Source: Geothrix sp. (GTDB taxonomy: Bacteria; Acidobacteriota; Holophagae; Holophagales; Holophagaceae). Taken from it: a stretch of 49,055 nucleotides of DNA. Shown piece after piece: positions 27,091 to 36,805 of the stretch; position 1 is the first letter of the stretch; every line of letters begins with the position of its first letter. A program made the position numbers and the translations under genes. The notes beneath the pieces were generated by a model, which did not search any database, was not told where the DNA came from, and saw nothing but the letters and a program-made list of their open reading frames with translations. The stretch lies in contig JANYAZ010000309.1 of assembly GCA_025361045.1 (NCBI GenBank), forward strand, positions 1-49,055, given 5' to 3'.

Positions 27091-27878
27091 GCGATGCCGT
27101 CACGACGAAGCTTCTGGATATCCCGGGCAGGCAATCGACGCGGTTCCACCAGGGTTTCCATGGCCGAGAAGAGATGCGGGGCGTTGAAATCCGTATCAAC
27201 GCACATGCCATGGGCCAGGGAGAGTGGAATGACATAACAGGGGAGCTCCGGCATCTTGGTGAGCCCCTTGAGCAGACGGTCCGTGCAACTCACGGCCACG
27301 ACGAGGTCCGGGCGGTACTCCCGGGCCTCGCGGTAGGCCTTGTGGCTGCGGTTGGTGATGCGCCCCTCCCAGCGATTGAGCAGGGCGGCATTCATGTAGT
27401 CGCCCACGGGACAGAGACCGCAGTCGTAGCAGGCCTGGAGGTCGTCAAGGATGCCCGCCTTGCAACGGGACATCTGAATGCAGTGGGGCAACAGGATGAG
27501 GGCACGCTTGGCTCGCTGGGCCAGGAAGGCCTCGCGAACGCGCAGGTTGTTGTAGCCGCAGAAGGCCAGAATCCAGGCCTCCTCCTGGCCCAGCCAGCGT
27601 GCCAGAGGCAGGAGGGCATTGGCCCAGAGGGTGTCCTGACGCATGATGGCAGTCCGGTTGCGCAGGAAGGCCTGGCCGCGAAGGAAGCTGGGCCAGGCTG
27701 CGGCCAGCGCCCCCACACCCGCAAGGATCCACCAGCCCCGGGCTGCCCCGTGCAAGGTCGCAGCGGAAAAGGATATGACTGCCAGAGCGAGCGGAATTCC
27801 CCTGCGCACCAAGAGGAAGAGCACGCCCCGCTCGTCCGGCAATGGGCCGGGGCCGGCAAGGGTGCGGGGTTCCTTCAC
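27087..27878 (-). CDS. DUF116-like membrane-anchored Cys-rich protein
   Basis: LLPHCIQ..C..CYDCGLC..VAVSC..L..G..CVDT pattern. Confidence 0.8.
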   Translation of the reverse strand: MKEPRTLAGPGPLPDERGVLFLLVRRGIPLALAVISFSAATLHGAARGWWILAGVGALAAAWPSFLRGQAFLRNRTAIMRQDTLWANALLPLARWLGQEEAWILAFCGYNNLRVREAFLAQRAKRALILLPHCIQMSRCKAGILDDLQACYDCGLCPVGDYMNAALLNRWEGRITNRSHKAYREAREYRPDLVVAVSCTDRLLKGLTKMPELPCYVIPLSLAHGMCVDTDFNAPHLFSAMETLVEPRRLPARDIQKLRRDGIA

Positions 27879-29341
27879 TTGGCGGCTCCTGCAAGTCCCA
27901 CCATCTTCTTCAGATCATCATCCTTCCAGCGGAGACCGCCACCGAAGAAAATGGTACGAAGGTCTTTGTTGCCGATGTCCTGGACGCCAGCCTGGATGTA
28001 GGCGCCCTTCCAGAACTGGTAGCTGCTGGTGAAGCGGTACCGGGGATTCGGTTTGTCGTCGCGCTTGGTAAAATCGTAAGCGAGGAAGCCAATCCGGAGG
28101 CGATCCTCGTCCAGGGTGCGTAGCTCCACCCCACCCCCGCCCTTGTTCTCCACGATGCCGGCCGAGAAGACCACGGGGCCCATCCGCTTGGCGAACTGCG
28201 CGGAGGCCGTGAAGGCTTGATCGGTGGTGACGAATTTGGTCCTCTCGATCACCGACACGGGCTGTCCCGTCACGGGGTCGAGCTTGGTGACAGTATGCGA
28301 GCTTTCGCTTAGCTTGCCGTCTGGCGTGGAGGCGAAGCCCAGCGAATACCAGTAGTCCGGTCGCGGCACAATTTCAAGGCCGAGTCCCACCCTGCTGTCC
28401 TTGCGCTTTTCCCATTGGGCCGCGTTCATGTCGAGGCGGAAGTCCATCTTATTGAAGCCGCCCAGCAGGCCGTTCACGTTGTCCACGGCTTCGTTGATCT
28501 TCTTGACCGTGGTCTCATCGTTCAGCAATTTCCCGATGGTGCCCTCGCCCTTGTTGACCCGGTCTGTGAGGACCTTCAGATTGTCCGCCGTGCCCTGGAA
28601 ACTCTGGGCCAGCCTGCGCACATCGCCCACGACCGCCTTCAGTTCCGGCCGATTCTCCTCAAGGATGGCATTGAGGTTCTTGCCCACGGTTTCGAACTGC
28701 TGGGCCAGTTTGGGCAACTTGTCCCGCAGGTCGGTGGACAGGGCTTCTACGTTGGCCATGGTGTGGTTGATGGCCCCGTGATTCTCCTGGGCCATGGAAC
28801 GGAATTCGGCTGTCAGCACCCGGATGTTGTCCACGATTTCGTCGAGCTTCTGGCGGCCCTGTTCACCACCAATGGATTCGTTCAGGGCCTGGGTGATGCC
28901 CTTCACGTTCTTGCCCACGTCAGACAGGGTTTCCATGAGGTTGTCGAGGCTCACACCGGCCTTGCTGGGCAGGGGAATGCCCTCGGGGAAGGGCCCCTTG
29001 GCGCTATGGCCGGGATCCAGGTCCACGAACTTCTCGCCCAGAATGCCAATGGAACCCAGAGAGACAGCGGCATCCGCGTAGATCGGCACGTCGTTCGAGA
29101 TGCCCAGCAGCACGCGGGCCTTGCCATTCTCGAGGGTGATGGTGCGGACGGAGCCCACCGGCACGCCAGCAATGCGCACGGCGCTCTGCATGTTCAGGCC
29201 GGCCACTTGGTCAAAGAATGTGAATCGCTCGGACTGGTTGCGCTTGCCGCCTAACTCCAGCTTTTCCGTACGAAAAATCAGCACGGCCAACAGCACGATG
29301 GCACCGGTGAAGAAGAGCCCGACTTTGGTTTCAAGCCTCAT
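27875..29341 (-). CDS. mlaD: MlaD/MCE-family protein with long helical and C-terminal beta domains
   Basis: ETKVGLF, GLNMQSAVRIAGVPVGSV, GILGEKFVDLDPG, GTIGKLLND. Confidence 0.9.
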   Translation of the reverse strand: MRLETKVGLFFTGAIVLLAVLIFRTEKLELGGKRNQSERFTFFDQVAGLNMQSAVRIAGVPVGSVRTITLENGKARVLLGISNDVPIYADAAVSLGSIGILGEKFVDLDPGHSAKGPFPEGIPLPSKAGVSLDNLMETLSDVGKNVKGITQALNESIGGEQGRQKLDEIVDNIRVLTAEFRSMAQENHGAINHTMANVEALSTDLRDKLPKLAQQFETVGKNLNAILEENRPELKAVVGDVRRLAQSFQGTADNLKVLTDRVNKGEGTIGKLLNDETTVKKINEAVDNVNGLLGGFNKMDFRLDMNAAQWEKRKDSRVGLGLEIVPRPDYWYSLGFASTPDGKLSESSHTVTKLDPVTGQPVSVIERTKFVTTDQAFTASAQFAKRMGPVVFSAGIVENKGGGGVELRTLDEDRLRIGFLAYDFTKRDDKPNPRYRFTSSYQFWKGAYIQAGVQDIGNKDLRTIFFGGGLRWKDDDLKKMVGLAGAAK

Positions 29342-30129
29342 GGGTGGGCCTCCTGAGTTTTACGTTTGGGCGGCGGCGGATCCTGGAGGAAGGGGCCATC
29401 GGCATCCCCACGCAGGAACTGCTGGATGACGGGATGCGGGTTGACCTTGAAGTCAGCCGGAGCTTCGCAGGCGATGCACTCCCCCCGGAAAATCAGGGCG
29501 ATGCGGTCGGCGATCTCGAAGGCCGATTTCAGATCGTGAGTAATGGTGATGCTGGTGATGCCCAGTTCGTGCTTGAGATCGAGGATGATGCGACCAATGA
29601 CGTCGGTCATCACCGGGTCAAGCCCCGTGGTGGGTTCGTCGAACAGCAGGACCTTGGGTTTCAGGGCGATGGCGCGGGCGAAGCCCACGCGACGCTTCAT
29701 GCCTCCGGAGAGCTCGGCCGGCTTGAGTTGATCGGTGCCCTTCAATCCCACCATGGAAAGGCATTCCTCCACCCGGGTCCGAATGTCGGCCTCCGCCATT
29801 TTGTGGTGTCGTCTTAGCCCGAAGGCCACGTTCTCGAAGACGGTCATGGAATCGAAAAGGGCCGCCATCTGAAAGCACATGCCAATGCTCTGGCGAACCT
29901 CGAAGAGTTCCTTCCGGGTTAGCTGGGCAATGATCTTGCCCTCAACGGCCACATGCCCGGAGTCTGGTGTCAGCAGGCCCATGATGTTGCGCAGGAGGAC
30001 GGTCTTGCCGGTCCCGGACCCCCCCAACACCACCAGGCTTTCGCCCTCCTGTACCTGGAGGTTCACGTTGGACAGCACGACCTTCGGCCCGAAGGCCTTG
30101 GAGAGGTTGACGACGTCAATCACGGCCAT
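29338..30129 (-). CDS. mlaF: MlaF-type ABC ATPase
   Basis: GGSGTGKT, ALFDSMTVFENV, LSGGMKRRV, DEPTTGLDP, THD. Confidence 0.92.
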   Translation of the reverse strand: MAVIDVVNLSKAFGPKVVLSNVNLQVQEGESLVVLGGSGTGKTVLLRNIMGLLTPDSGHVAVEGKIIAQLTRKELFEVRQSIGMCFQMAALFDSMTVFENVAFGLRRHHKMAEADIRTRVEECLSMVGLKGTDQLKPAELSGGMKRRVGFARAIALKPKVLLFDEPTTGLDPVMTDVIGRIILDLKHELGITSITITHDLKSAFEIADRIALIFRGECIACEAPADFKVNPHPVIQQFLRGDADGPFLQDPPPPKRKTQEAHP

Positions 30130-30133
30130 GTCG

Positions 30134-30910
30134 TCACACCAGCAACAGTTTGGTCAGGAAGAAGTCGGCGATGAGAATCCAGAGGCTGCTGGTGACCACA
30201 CTGCTGGTGGGGGCATGACCCACGCCTTCGGCCCCGCCTTGGGTGCGATAGCCTTTCCAGCATCCAACCAGGGCGATGATCATCCCAAACACGAAGGCCT
30301 TGTAGATCGCAATGCGAAGATCCCGGAAAGCCAGGAGCTTGTAGAATTCGTTGCCGTAGACGTAGGAGCTCTGGCCTTCCACGCCGACGAGGATCAGGTA
30401 GCCGCCCCAGTATCCGATGTACACGGAAACCACCGTCAGGAGGGGCACCATCAGCATGGAGGCGAGGAGGCGCGGTACGAAGAGGTAGTGGATTGGATCG
30501 GTCGCCAGGCATTCGAGGGCATCGATCTGTTCCGTGACCTGCATGGTGCCCAGCTCCGCGGCCATGGCGGACCCGATGCGACCGGAGAGCATGAGGCCGG
30601 TGATCACCGGGGCGAGTTCCCGCATGATGGCCAAGCCCTCGACCTGGGAGGCCAGCCCTTCCGCCTGGAACTGCTTGAAGCCGTAGGCCAGTTGCACTGC
30701 GAACACCATGCTCACGGCCAGGCTGGTGAGGGCCACCACGGGGATCGAGTTCACCCCCACGGACTGGAGCTGATTCAGCAGGTTCTTTCCGTCAAAGGGA
30801 CGCTTGAAGATGGCGGCGAAGGTTCGACCCGCAAGGACCGCGAAATCACCGAACGTATCCGTGGCTCCCAGTACGGCTGTGCCGACCTTGTCGAATAGAG
30901 TCAGGACCAT
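30134..30910 (-). CDS. mlaE: MlaE-type ABC permease
   Basis: RELAPV..GRIGSAMAAELGTMQVTEQIDAL, GAEGVG. Confidence 0.95.
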   Translation of the reverse strand: MVLTLFDKVGTAVLGATDTFGDFAVLAGRTFAAIFKRPFDGKNLLNQLQSVGVNSIPVVALTSLAVSMVFAVQLAYGFKQFQAEGLASQVEGLAIMRELAPVITGLMLSGRIGSAMAAELGTMQVTEQIDALECLATDPIHYLFVPRLLASMLMVPLLTVVSVYIGYWGGYLILVGVEGQSSYVYGNEFYKLLAFRDLRIAIYKAFVFGMIIALVGCWKGYRTQGGAEGVGHAPTSSVVTSSLWILIADFFLTKLLLV

Positions 30911-30930
30911 GGGGCTCCGAACGTAAAGAA

Positions 30931-32328
30931 CTAGCTTAACCCAGTCCCCTTCTTCTGCCGGGATCGCAGCCTGGAGGCACCACCATCATGCGACATCTGG
31001 GGGACCCGGCTGAGGGCAAGGGAATCGGCGGCGACATCCTTGGTGATGGTGCTGCCGGCACCGATGATGGCGCCGTCACCGATGACCAGAGGGGCCACCA
31101 GCTGGGTGTCGGACCCAACGAAGACGTTCCCTCCGATGATGGTGCGGTGCTTGTTCACCCCATCGTAGTTGCAGGTGATGACACCCGCGCCGATGTTGGT
31201 TCCTGTGCCTATCTCAGTGTCACCGAGATAGGCCAGGTGATTGGCCTTGACCCCCCGCTGGAGTTTCGCCTTCTTGGTCTCCACAAAATTACCGATGTGG
31301 ACCCCCTCGGCCAGTTCAGTGCCCTCCCGCAGCCTTGCGAAGGGGCCGATCTTAGAGCCCTCGCCGATGTGGGCCAGCCCGATCACGCAGTAGGGGCGGA
31401 CCTCGATGCCCGGGCCCAGAACCGAATCCACGATCACAGTACCCTGGCCGATGCGGGTCCCCTCGCCCACGGTGACCGAGCCCTCGAGTCTGACGCCAGG
31501 TTCCAGCACCACATCCTGTTGGAGATGCACCCGCGGACCCACCAGGGTGCTGCCGGGATGAAGGAAAGTCACCCCTTCACCCATCCAGTGGCGCTCGATC
31601 CGCCGTTGGGCAGCGGCCTGCAGGGCCGCTTGATCGTGCCGGGAGTTCATGCCCGCCAGTTCCTCGGGATCGCAGACCTCCACGGTTACGGAAATCTCGC
31701 GGGCCACGGCGACCACAGCGTCCGTCAGGTAGAACTCCTTCTGGGCGTTATCGTTCGTCAAGGCCAGCAGCGCCTTGCGCAGGGCGGGCCAGGGGAGGCT
31801 GTAGGCACCACCATTCACCCGCTGCAGGGCAAGTTGGGTCGGGGTGGCGTCTTTCGCTTCGACCAGGCCTGCGAGACGGCCGTCAGAGTGCTGGAGGACG
31901 CGGCCGTAGGAACCGGGAGTAGGCAAGTCCATGGCCAGCAGCAAGGCTTCGGCGGCGCAGAGATGGAGGACCGTGCTGGCGGTCGTGAGGGGGACATCAC
32001 CGCAAAGAACGGCTACCTGGCTGGTGCCTAGGCGGTCCAGTTCGGGAATGCAGGCCTGGAGCGCATGCCCTGTCCCAAGCGGTTCCCCTTGATCCACGGT
32101 CGTGACAGGGCAGGGCAGGAGCCCGGCCTGTTCCCAGGATTTCAGGGCAGCCAGGACCTGTTCCTTTCCGTGGTGTACCACCACCACGGCACCCCGCAGA
32201 TCCTTGGGGAGGGCCCGCAGGACCCACAGCAACGAGGGATCCCCGAGAATGGGGTGGAGCACCTTCGGAAGCCGGGATTTCATGCGGGTTCCGAGGCCCG
32301 CTGCCAGGATCACAGCCACCGTGGACAT
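30931..32328 (-). CDS. glmU: Bifunctional GlcNAc-1-P uridyltransferase/acetyltransferase
   Basis: LAAGLGTRMKS..PKVLH, EFYLTD, GPFARLR, GNFVETK, CNYDG; hexapeptide repeats. Confidence 0.97.
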   Translation of the reverse strand: MSTVAVILAAGLGTRMKSRLPKVLHPILGDPSLLWVLRALPKDLRGAVVVVHHGKEQVLAALKSWEQAGLLPCPVTTVDQGEPLGTGHALQACIPELDRLGTSQVAVLCGDVPLTTASTVLHLCAAEALLLAMDLPTPGSYGRVLQHSDGRLAGLVEAKDATPTQLALQRVNGGAYSLPWPALRKALLALTNDNAQKEFYLTDAVVAVAREISVTVEVCDPEELAGMNSRHDQAALQAAAQRRIERHWMGEGVTFLHPGSTLVGPRVHLQQDVVLEPGVRLEGSVTVGEGTRIGQGTVIVDSVLGPGIEVRPYCVIGLAHIGEGSKIGPFARLREGTELAEGVHIGNFVETKKAKLQRGVKANHLAYLGDTEIGTGTNIGAGVITCNYDGVNKHRTIIGGNVFVGSDTQLVAPLVIGDGAIIGAGSTITKDVAADSLALSRVPQMSHDGGASRLRSRQKKGTGLS

Positions 32329-32347
32329 GCCACCTCCTGCATCCAGC

Positions 32348-34354
32348 CTACATCAGCCCGGGGTCTGTTCCGTCCGGGTGGCGGAGCAGAGCCAGGAGCG
32401 TTTCGAAGAAGGGCCCGGCGCGGAAGGGTTTTTCCAAAAAACCAAGGCGCCGGAGACCAAGGGCCCCTGGGTTGATGGGGAGGGGCTGACCCATGCCCAT
32501 CACCAGGGTCGGGATCGGTTCTTTCTGAAAGGCCCGAAGGGACCGCTGAAACCGTTCGAGTCTGGAGGTCCTTTCCAGCACCAGCACGTCCGGTTGGGGC
32601 TTCCCGTGACTGTCGCGGAGCAAACCACGGAGGTCCTCGAAGGCCATGGCTTGGCCACCGCCGGATTGAACCAGCATCGTCAGGGCCTCGCGGACCAGGG
32701 GATCCTGGTCCACCACCCAGATGCACCGACCTTCAAGCGGGAGCTCGGGTGGGACCAGGGCCTTCGGAGCGTAAGTGGGGAGGTAGATCCGCGGTCGCAG
32801 TCCACCAAGGGCATCCTGGTCCAATTCCAACAGACCCCCGGCTTCGAGGACGGACTGTCGCAACCAGCCCAGACCAAACACAGTCTTGATCTGGCGGGTT
32901 TTGCCGGCCTCTTCCCTCACGTGGAGCAGGCCGAAGACCCGGCTGCCCAGATGGACCGATTCGAGCACCAGAGACAAGCGCCCCGCCGGAGAGCGTTCCA
33001 GCGCATGGAGGGTCAGGTGGGTGGCGATCCGTTTGAGCGCCTCGCCCTCGACGGTCAGCAGCAGGTCGACCGCATCCAGGCGAATGGATCCTCCGACGGG
33101 AAGGACCGTCTGGATCCAGGGCAGAACAGACGCGAGGGCCACCCTCCCATCCATGGGTGGTTTGGACCTGCCTGGAGCAGGCGAAGGATCCAATCGCTCT
33201 GTGGCTGCCACGACCTGATCCAAGGCCGACCTGAGCGGCCCGTCCTCAACCGCCCCATGCAGCCTCTCCATCCCGGAGTTCAGGGCGATGAGGGCATTGG
33301 CCCTCAAGCGGCGTCCGTCTTCAGCGCCACCGATCTCGATGGAGCCGCCACCGATCAGCCCAAGCGATCCAGCCGCGGCATCCTTGATCCAGACGACGGC
33401 CATGCCCCGATCAAACGTGGACGCCTCCAGGTCCACCTGACGAAAGGTGCCATCGTCACTGACCTGAGTGGCCTGCGCCGAGGCATACCCGTACTGCAGC
33501 AGCTGGCTCCGAAGGCCTTCCCATACGGCGGTATCGCCTCCCTGGAAGATGGCATCCAGGGAGTAACCTCTGAGACGGTGTCTGGGCAGTCCGGCCAACT
33601 GACTCAAGGGACCATTGGATTCCAGGATCCGTCCTTGGGCATCGACCAGCCAGATGGGCTGTCGGGCTTCCAAACCGAGAGAGAGTTGGGGTGATTCGTC
33701 TGTTTTCGATTGCTCCAGCAGGGCCAAAGCCACCTTCAAGCCCTGCCCCCGTCCTTCCACCCAGGCCCCCTGGTTCCGCAGCCAACGGAGCTGTTGCAGG
33801 GCGACCAGCCCGAGCAGCATTCCTGCCAGAAGCGCCGCTGGCCAGGATAAACGAGGGACGCCCGGAGGAAGGAGGCCTTGAGCCAGTGCCCCGACCCCCA
33901 GAGCCATGGCCCCCACGAGGGGCATGCGTACCTCAAGCTGACGGCCCTTGGCCCACCGGTAGGCGAGGTCCGAGAACAGCAGCCAGAGCACGGCCTCCAG
34001 GGCCGCGCCACCCCAAAAACGGGCGACCTCGTGCCATGGCAGATGAAGGCGGAGGAGCAGCAGGACGAGGAACCCGGTGGCTCCCCCCACCCCTAAGGCC
34101 AGTCGTCGGATCCCTTGCACGCCTTCGCGCTGAGCCTGAAGGAAGAGGGTGAATCCGAAGAGGGCCCCGCCAAACTGGGAGGTGGGCATCGGGGATCCCG
34201 CAAGGTGTCCCCATGGCAAGGCGAGCATCGTCAGGATCCCGCCGAGGAAATAGCCGTAACTGAGGCCGATGCGGCCCTTCCGCCGGAAGATCCAGAACCC
34301 CAACCACGGTGGAAGGGGGAGCAGCAGGGCGGCGATCAGGTCGGCCATGGCCAT
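32348..34354 (-). CDS. Membrane protein with a PAS domain and degenerate kinase-like and receiver-like domains
   Basis: About 6 TM helices, PAS-like WLVDAQGRILESN, eroded HATPase, C-terminal IWVVDQDPLVRE..PDVLVLE..LEKPF. Confidence 0.7.
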   Translation of the reverse strand: MAMADLIAALLLPLPPWLGFWIFRRKGRIGLSYGYFLGGILTMLALPWGHLAGSPMPTSQFGGALFGFTLFLQAQREGVQGIRRLALGVGGATGFLVLLLLRLHLPWHEVARFWGGAALEAVLWLLFSDLAYRWAKGRQLEVRMPLVGAMALGVGALAQGLLPPGVPRLSWPAALLAGMLLGLVALQQLRWLRNQGAWVEGRGQGLKVALALLEQSKTDESPQLSLGLEARQPIWLVDAQGRILESNGPLSQLAGLPRHRLRGYSLDAIFQGGDTAVWEGLRSQLLQYGYASAQATQVSDDGTFRQVDLEASTFDRGMAVVWIKDAAAGSLGLIGGGSIEIGGAEDGRRLRANALIALNSGMERLHGAVEDGPLRSALDQVVAATERLDPSPAPGRSKPPMDGRVALASVLPWIQTVLPVGGSIRLDAVDLLLTVEGEALKRIATHLTLHALERSPAGRLSLVLESVHLGSRVFGLLHVREEAGKTRQIKTVFGLGWLRQSVLEAGGLLELDQDALGGLRPRIYLPTYAPKALVPPELPLEGRCIWVVDQDPLVREALTMLVQSGGGQAMAFEDLRGLLRDSHGKPQPDVLVLERTSRLERFQRSLRAFQKEPIPTLVMGMGQPLPINPGALGLRRLGFLEKPFRAGPFFETLLALLRHPDGTDPGLM

Positions 34355-34381
34355 GTGCGAGTGCCTCCAGAGCAGGGGGGA

Positions 34382-35089
34382 TCAGAGAAGCGTCGCAGAC
34401 CAGATACCACGCAGGGCGTTCATACACCACACCTGCCCTTCCCCAGGGCCGGGGAGGGGGAAACGGCCGATGTCAATGCGAAGGCCCCGGGATTCCGCCC
34501 AGCCGGGAAGGTCCAGTCGTTCGGCCAGACTGGCTACGCGCCCCAGCTGAGGCGGGAGGGTCAGGACATTCCCCTGCTCGATTCCCACCGAGGCGATGGC
34601 CGTTTCTGCAACCGTTCCATCCGCCCACAGAAGCAGGGCATCATCGGCCCCGACCTGCCGGACCGATGACAGGACCGCCTGGCTCCATGGGCCCGAAAGC
34701 CCTTTGTGCATGAGGGTGGTCTCCATCTGTCGATCCCGGAGGGGATGGGGCATTGGGATCAGCCGGTAGGGCTGGGGAGCCGTGGGCAGGGCTTCCAATC
34801 TGGCGGAAACCAGGGCGTCATCCGGATGAAGGACCATGCGCAAAGCGGCATCCATCCCGGGGGCTGCCAAGTTCAGCCAGGTGGTCATTTCCACCTCAAT
34901 ACCGGGCAGCCAGTCGACGGTTCGGCCCATGGCCGAAGCCCCGGCCTGGAGGCGTTCCAGATGGGATGGAAGGTGTCGGGGGACCCCCAGAAGGACCGCA
35001 AGGGCGGTGCGGGGCAGGTGGTCCCCAGATGGCATCCCGGTATGGATGGCCTGGGCCACCCCCGGGCCAAACCATCGATCTGCGCTCAT
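34382..35089 (-). CDS. Class IV aminotransferase-like protein (PabC-like, compact)
   Basis: HLERL, HKGLS, GADDALL..G.VAE, MNALRG. Confidence 0.75.
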   Translation of the reverse strand: MSADRWFGPGVAQAIHTGMPSGDHLPRTALAVLLGVPRHLPSHLERLQAGASAMGRTVDWLPGIEVEMTTWLNLAAPGMDAALRMVLHPDDALVSARLEALPTAPQPYRLIPMPHPLRDRQMETTLMHKGLSGPWSQAVLSSVRQVGADDALLLWADGTVAETAIASVGIEQGNVLTLPPQLGRVASLAERLDLPGWAESRGLRIDIGRFPLPGPGEGQVWCMNALRGIWSATLL

Positions 35090-36294
35090 ACCTTCGGCTG
35101 GGGGGGAAGCAGATCCTGGCTGATCCTGCCGGCCAACCGCACCGCCAGCGCGGAGGCTTCCAGGAAGTTTTCAGCTTCCGCGATCCACCTCCCAGCCTTG
35201 TCGAAGGCGGTCCCATGGTCAGGACTGGTGCGAATGAACGGGAGCCCCAGCGTGAGATTCACTGCCCGAGCCGGTTCGAGGAGCTTGACCGGGATCAGCC
35301 CCTGGTCATGGTAGAGCGCCACCACGAGGTCGAACTCACCTCGTGCGGCTCGCTGAAACACGCTGTCAGCCGGCAATGGGCCAAAAAACAGGGGCGCTGG
35401 CTGTGGTTTGGAGGGGACCCCAGTGGAGAGGACCTCAATGCCATGGTGACCCGCGGCCTCGGCCTGTGGCCCGCCCGCAGGTGGAAAGAACGGCCAATGG
35501 GTGAGGGGTGGATTGGGCTGAAAAGCAGCCTCGGCCTGCTGGATGGCTTGCTCAAGCAACTTTTCTTCCTGGCCAAAGGCCCCCTGTTCCCCGGCATGGG
35601 GGTTCAGGGCGCAGAGCGCCACACGCAAATCAGTCTTTCCGGTGAGTTGGATGAACCGGTCGGCCGCAAAAGTCAGCGTCTCGGCGACGGCAGCTGTGGA
35701 TAGGGACTCTACGACCGAACGCAGGCTTTGGTGGACGCTATGGAGGACCACGTTGAGTCGAGGACTGACAAACGCCATGCGGGTGATGGCCGAGCCAGAC
35801 AGGTCGCGGAGAAATTCCGTATGCCCGGGAATGTCGTACCCAGCTAGGTGGGCAGCGGCTTTGGCCAAGGGAAGGGTCACCAGCGCATCAGCGGCTCCAC
35901 TCATGGTCATCAAGGCCGCAAGCCGAACGGCTTCAACTGCGGCCTGACCTGAAGCGGCGGAACCCTCACCAAGGGTCAGCTGGCCAGTACCAATCTCCGG
36001 CGTGGGATCCAGCCAGAGGGCCTCACCCAGCACCTGGGGATGCTCTCCGGGTGAGAGCACCTGCAGGGTATAGGCCTTGCCGGGGCAGGGTGGGAGTGCT
36101 GCCAAGTCAGGTTCCAGCCATCGCCAAGCCACCGGAGCGCCTGGCAGCCCCTCAAGAAGATCCGCTCCAGCCCTGCATCCGACAACCGTCACATCAGTCC
36201 GGGCCTGGATGGCCACCAGGCTCCGAAGCAGGAGTTCTGGGCCGATGCCGCAGGGGTCCCCCAAGGTAATGACGATCCGAGGACGGCGGCTCAT
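35086..36294 (-). CDS. pdxA: 4-hydroxythreonine-4-phosphate dehydrogenase
   Basis: GDPCGIGPE, PGHTEFL, LNPHAGE, PADS, YHDQGLIP, RTSPDHGTAFD. Confidence 0.95.
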   Translation of the reverse strand: MSRRPRIVITLGDPCGIGPELLLRSLVAIQARTDVTVVGCRAGADLLEGLPGAPVAWRWLEPDLAALPPCPGKAYTLQVLSPGEHPQVLGEALWLDPTPEIGTGQLTLGEGSAASGQAAVEAVRLAALMTMSGAADALVTLPLAKAAAHLAGYDIPGHTEFLRDLSGSAITRMAFVSPRLNVVLHSVHQSLRSVVESLSTAAVAETLTFAADRFIQLTGKTDLRVALCALNPHAGEQGAFGQEEKLLEQAIQQAEAAFQPNPPLTHWPFFPPAGGPQAEAAGHHGIEVLSTGVPSKPQPAPLFFGPLPADSVFQRAARGEFDLVVALYHDQGLIPVKLLEPARAVNLTLGLPFIRTSPDHGTAFDKAGRWIAEAENFLEASALAVRLAGRISQDLLPPQPKV

Positions 36295-36322
36295 GGAGAC
36301 CCCTGCATGGTGGTGGCAGGGT

Positions 36323-36805
36323 TCAGTCGAAGACCGGAATCTCGACCTCGGCCGCCTGGGGTTCTTCCTTCTTGGTGGTACGGCTGCGGCGGATCCTGGG
36401 CTCTTCTTCCTGCTTGTAGATGTATTTGATGTTGTGCTTGGGCACCAGGACGTTGGGTTCCTTCAACCGATTGATCTTCAGGCAGTGCTTGTCGTACCAC
36501 TCGATGACCCCGCGCACCTTCTCATCGTCCTGGAGCACGATCACCATGGGCGTCTTGGATTGCATCTGCTTGAGGTAGTAGAAGCTTTCGGCATTCGTCT
36601 GTTCGGGCGGGGCAATCTTGCGCCGGGGGCTGCCCAGCCCTTGCGGGACTGTGGCCGCGGCGGGATTGACCGCCGGGTTGGGCTCACCACTGGCGGTCAT
36701 GGCCGGGGGTACCGGAGTCATGGCCTCGCCACCACCGCCTTTTGCGGGGATGCCCAGCTTGTCCTTCAGGTCACTGAGGTTTGGTCGAATGAGCTTCCGG
36801 TTCAT
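36323..36805 (-). CDS. hfq: Hfq/Sm-like RNA chaperone with disordered extensions
   Basis: Core YLKQMQSKTPMVIVLQDDEKVRGVIEWYDKHCLKI..VLVPKHNIKYI aligns with Hfq Sm1/Sm2 (G.I..FD, YKHAI). Confidence 0.7.
   Translation of the reverse strand: MNRKLIRPNLSDLKDKLGIPAKGGGGEAMTPVPPAMTASGEPNPAVNPAAATVPQGLGSPRRKIAPPEQTNAESFYYLKQMQSKTPMVIVLQDDEKVRGVIEWYDKHCLKINRLKEPNVLVPKHNIKYIYKQEEEPRIRRSRTTKKEEPQAAEVEIPVFD

Noticed and set aside
32102-33694. 530-aa + strand ORF opposite the pseudo-kinase
   Set aside because: No domain signal and it overlaps glmU; the minus-strand ORF fits the operon and has domain structure
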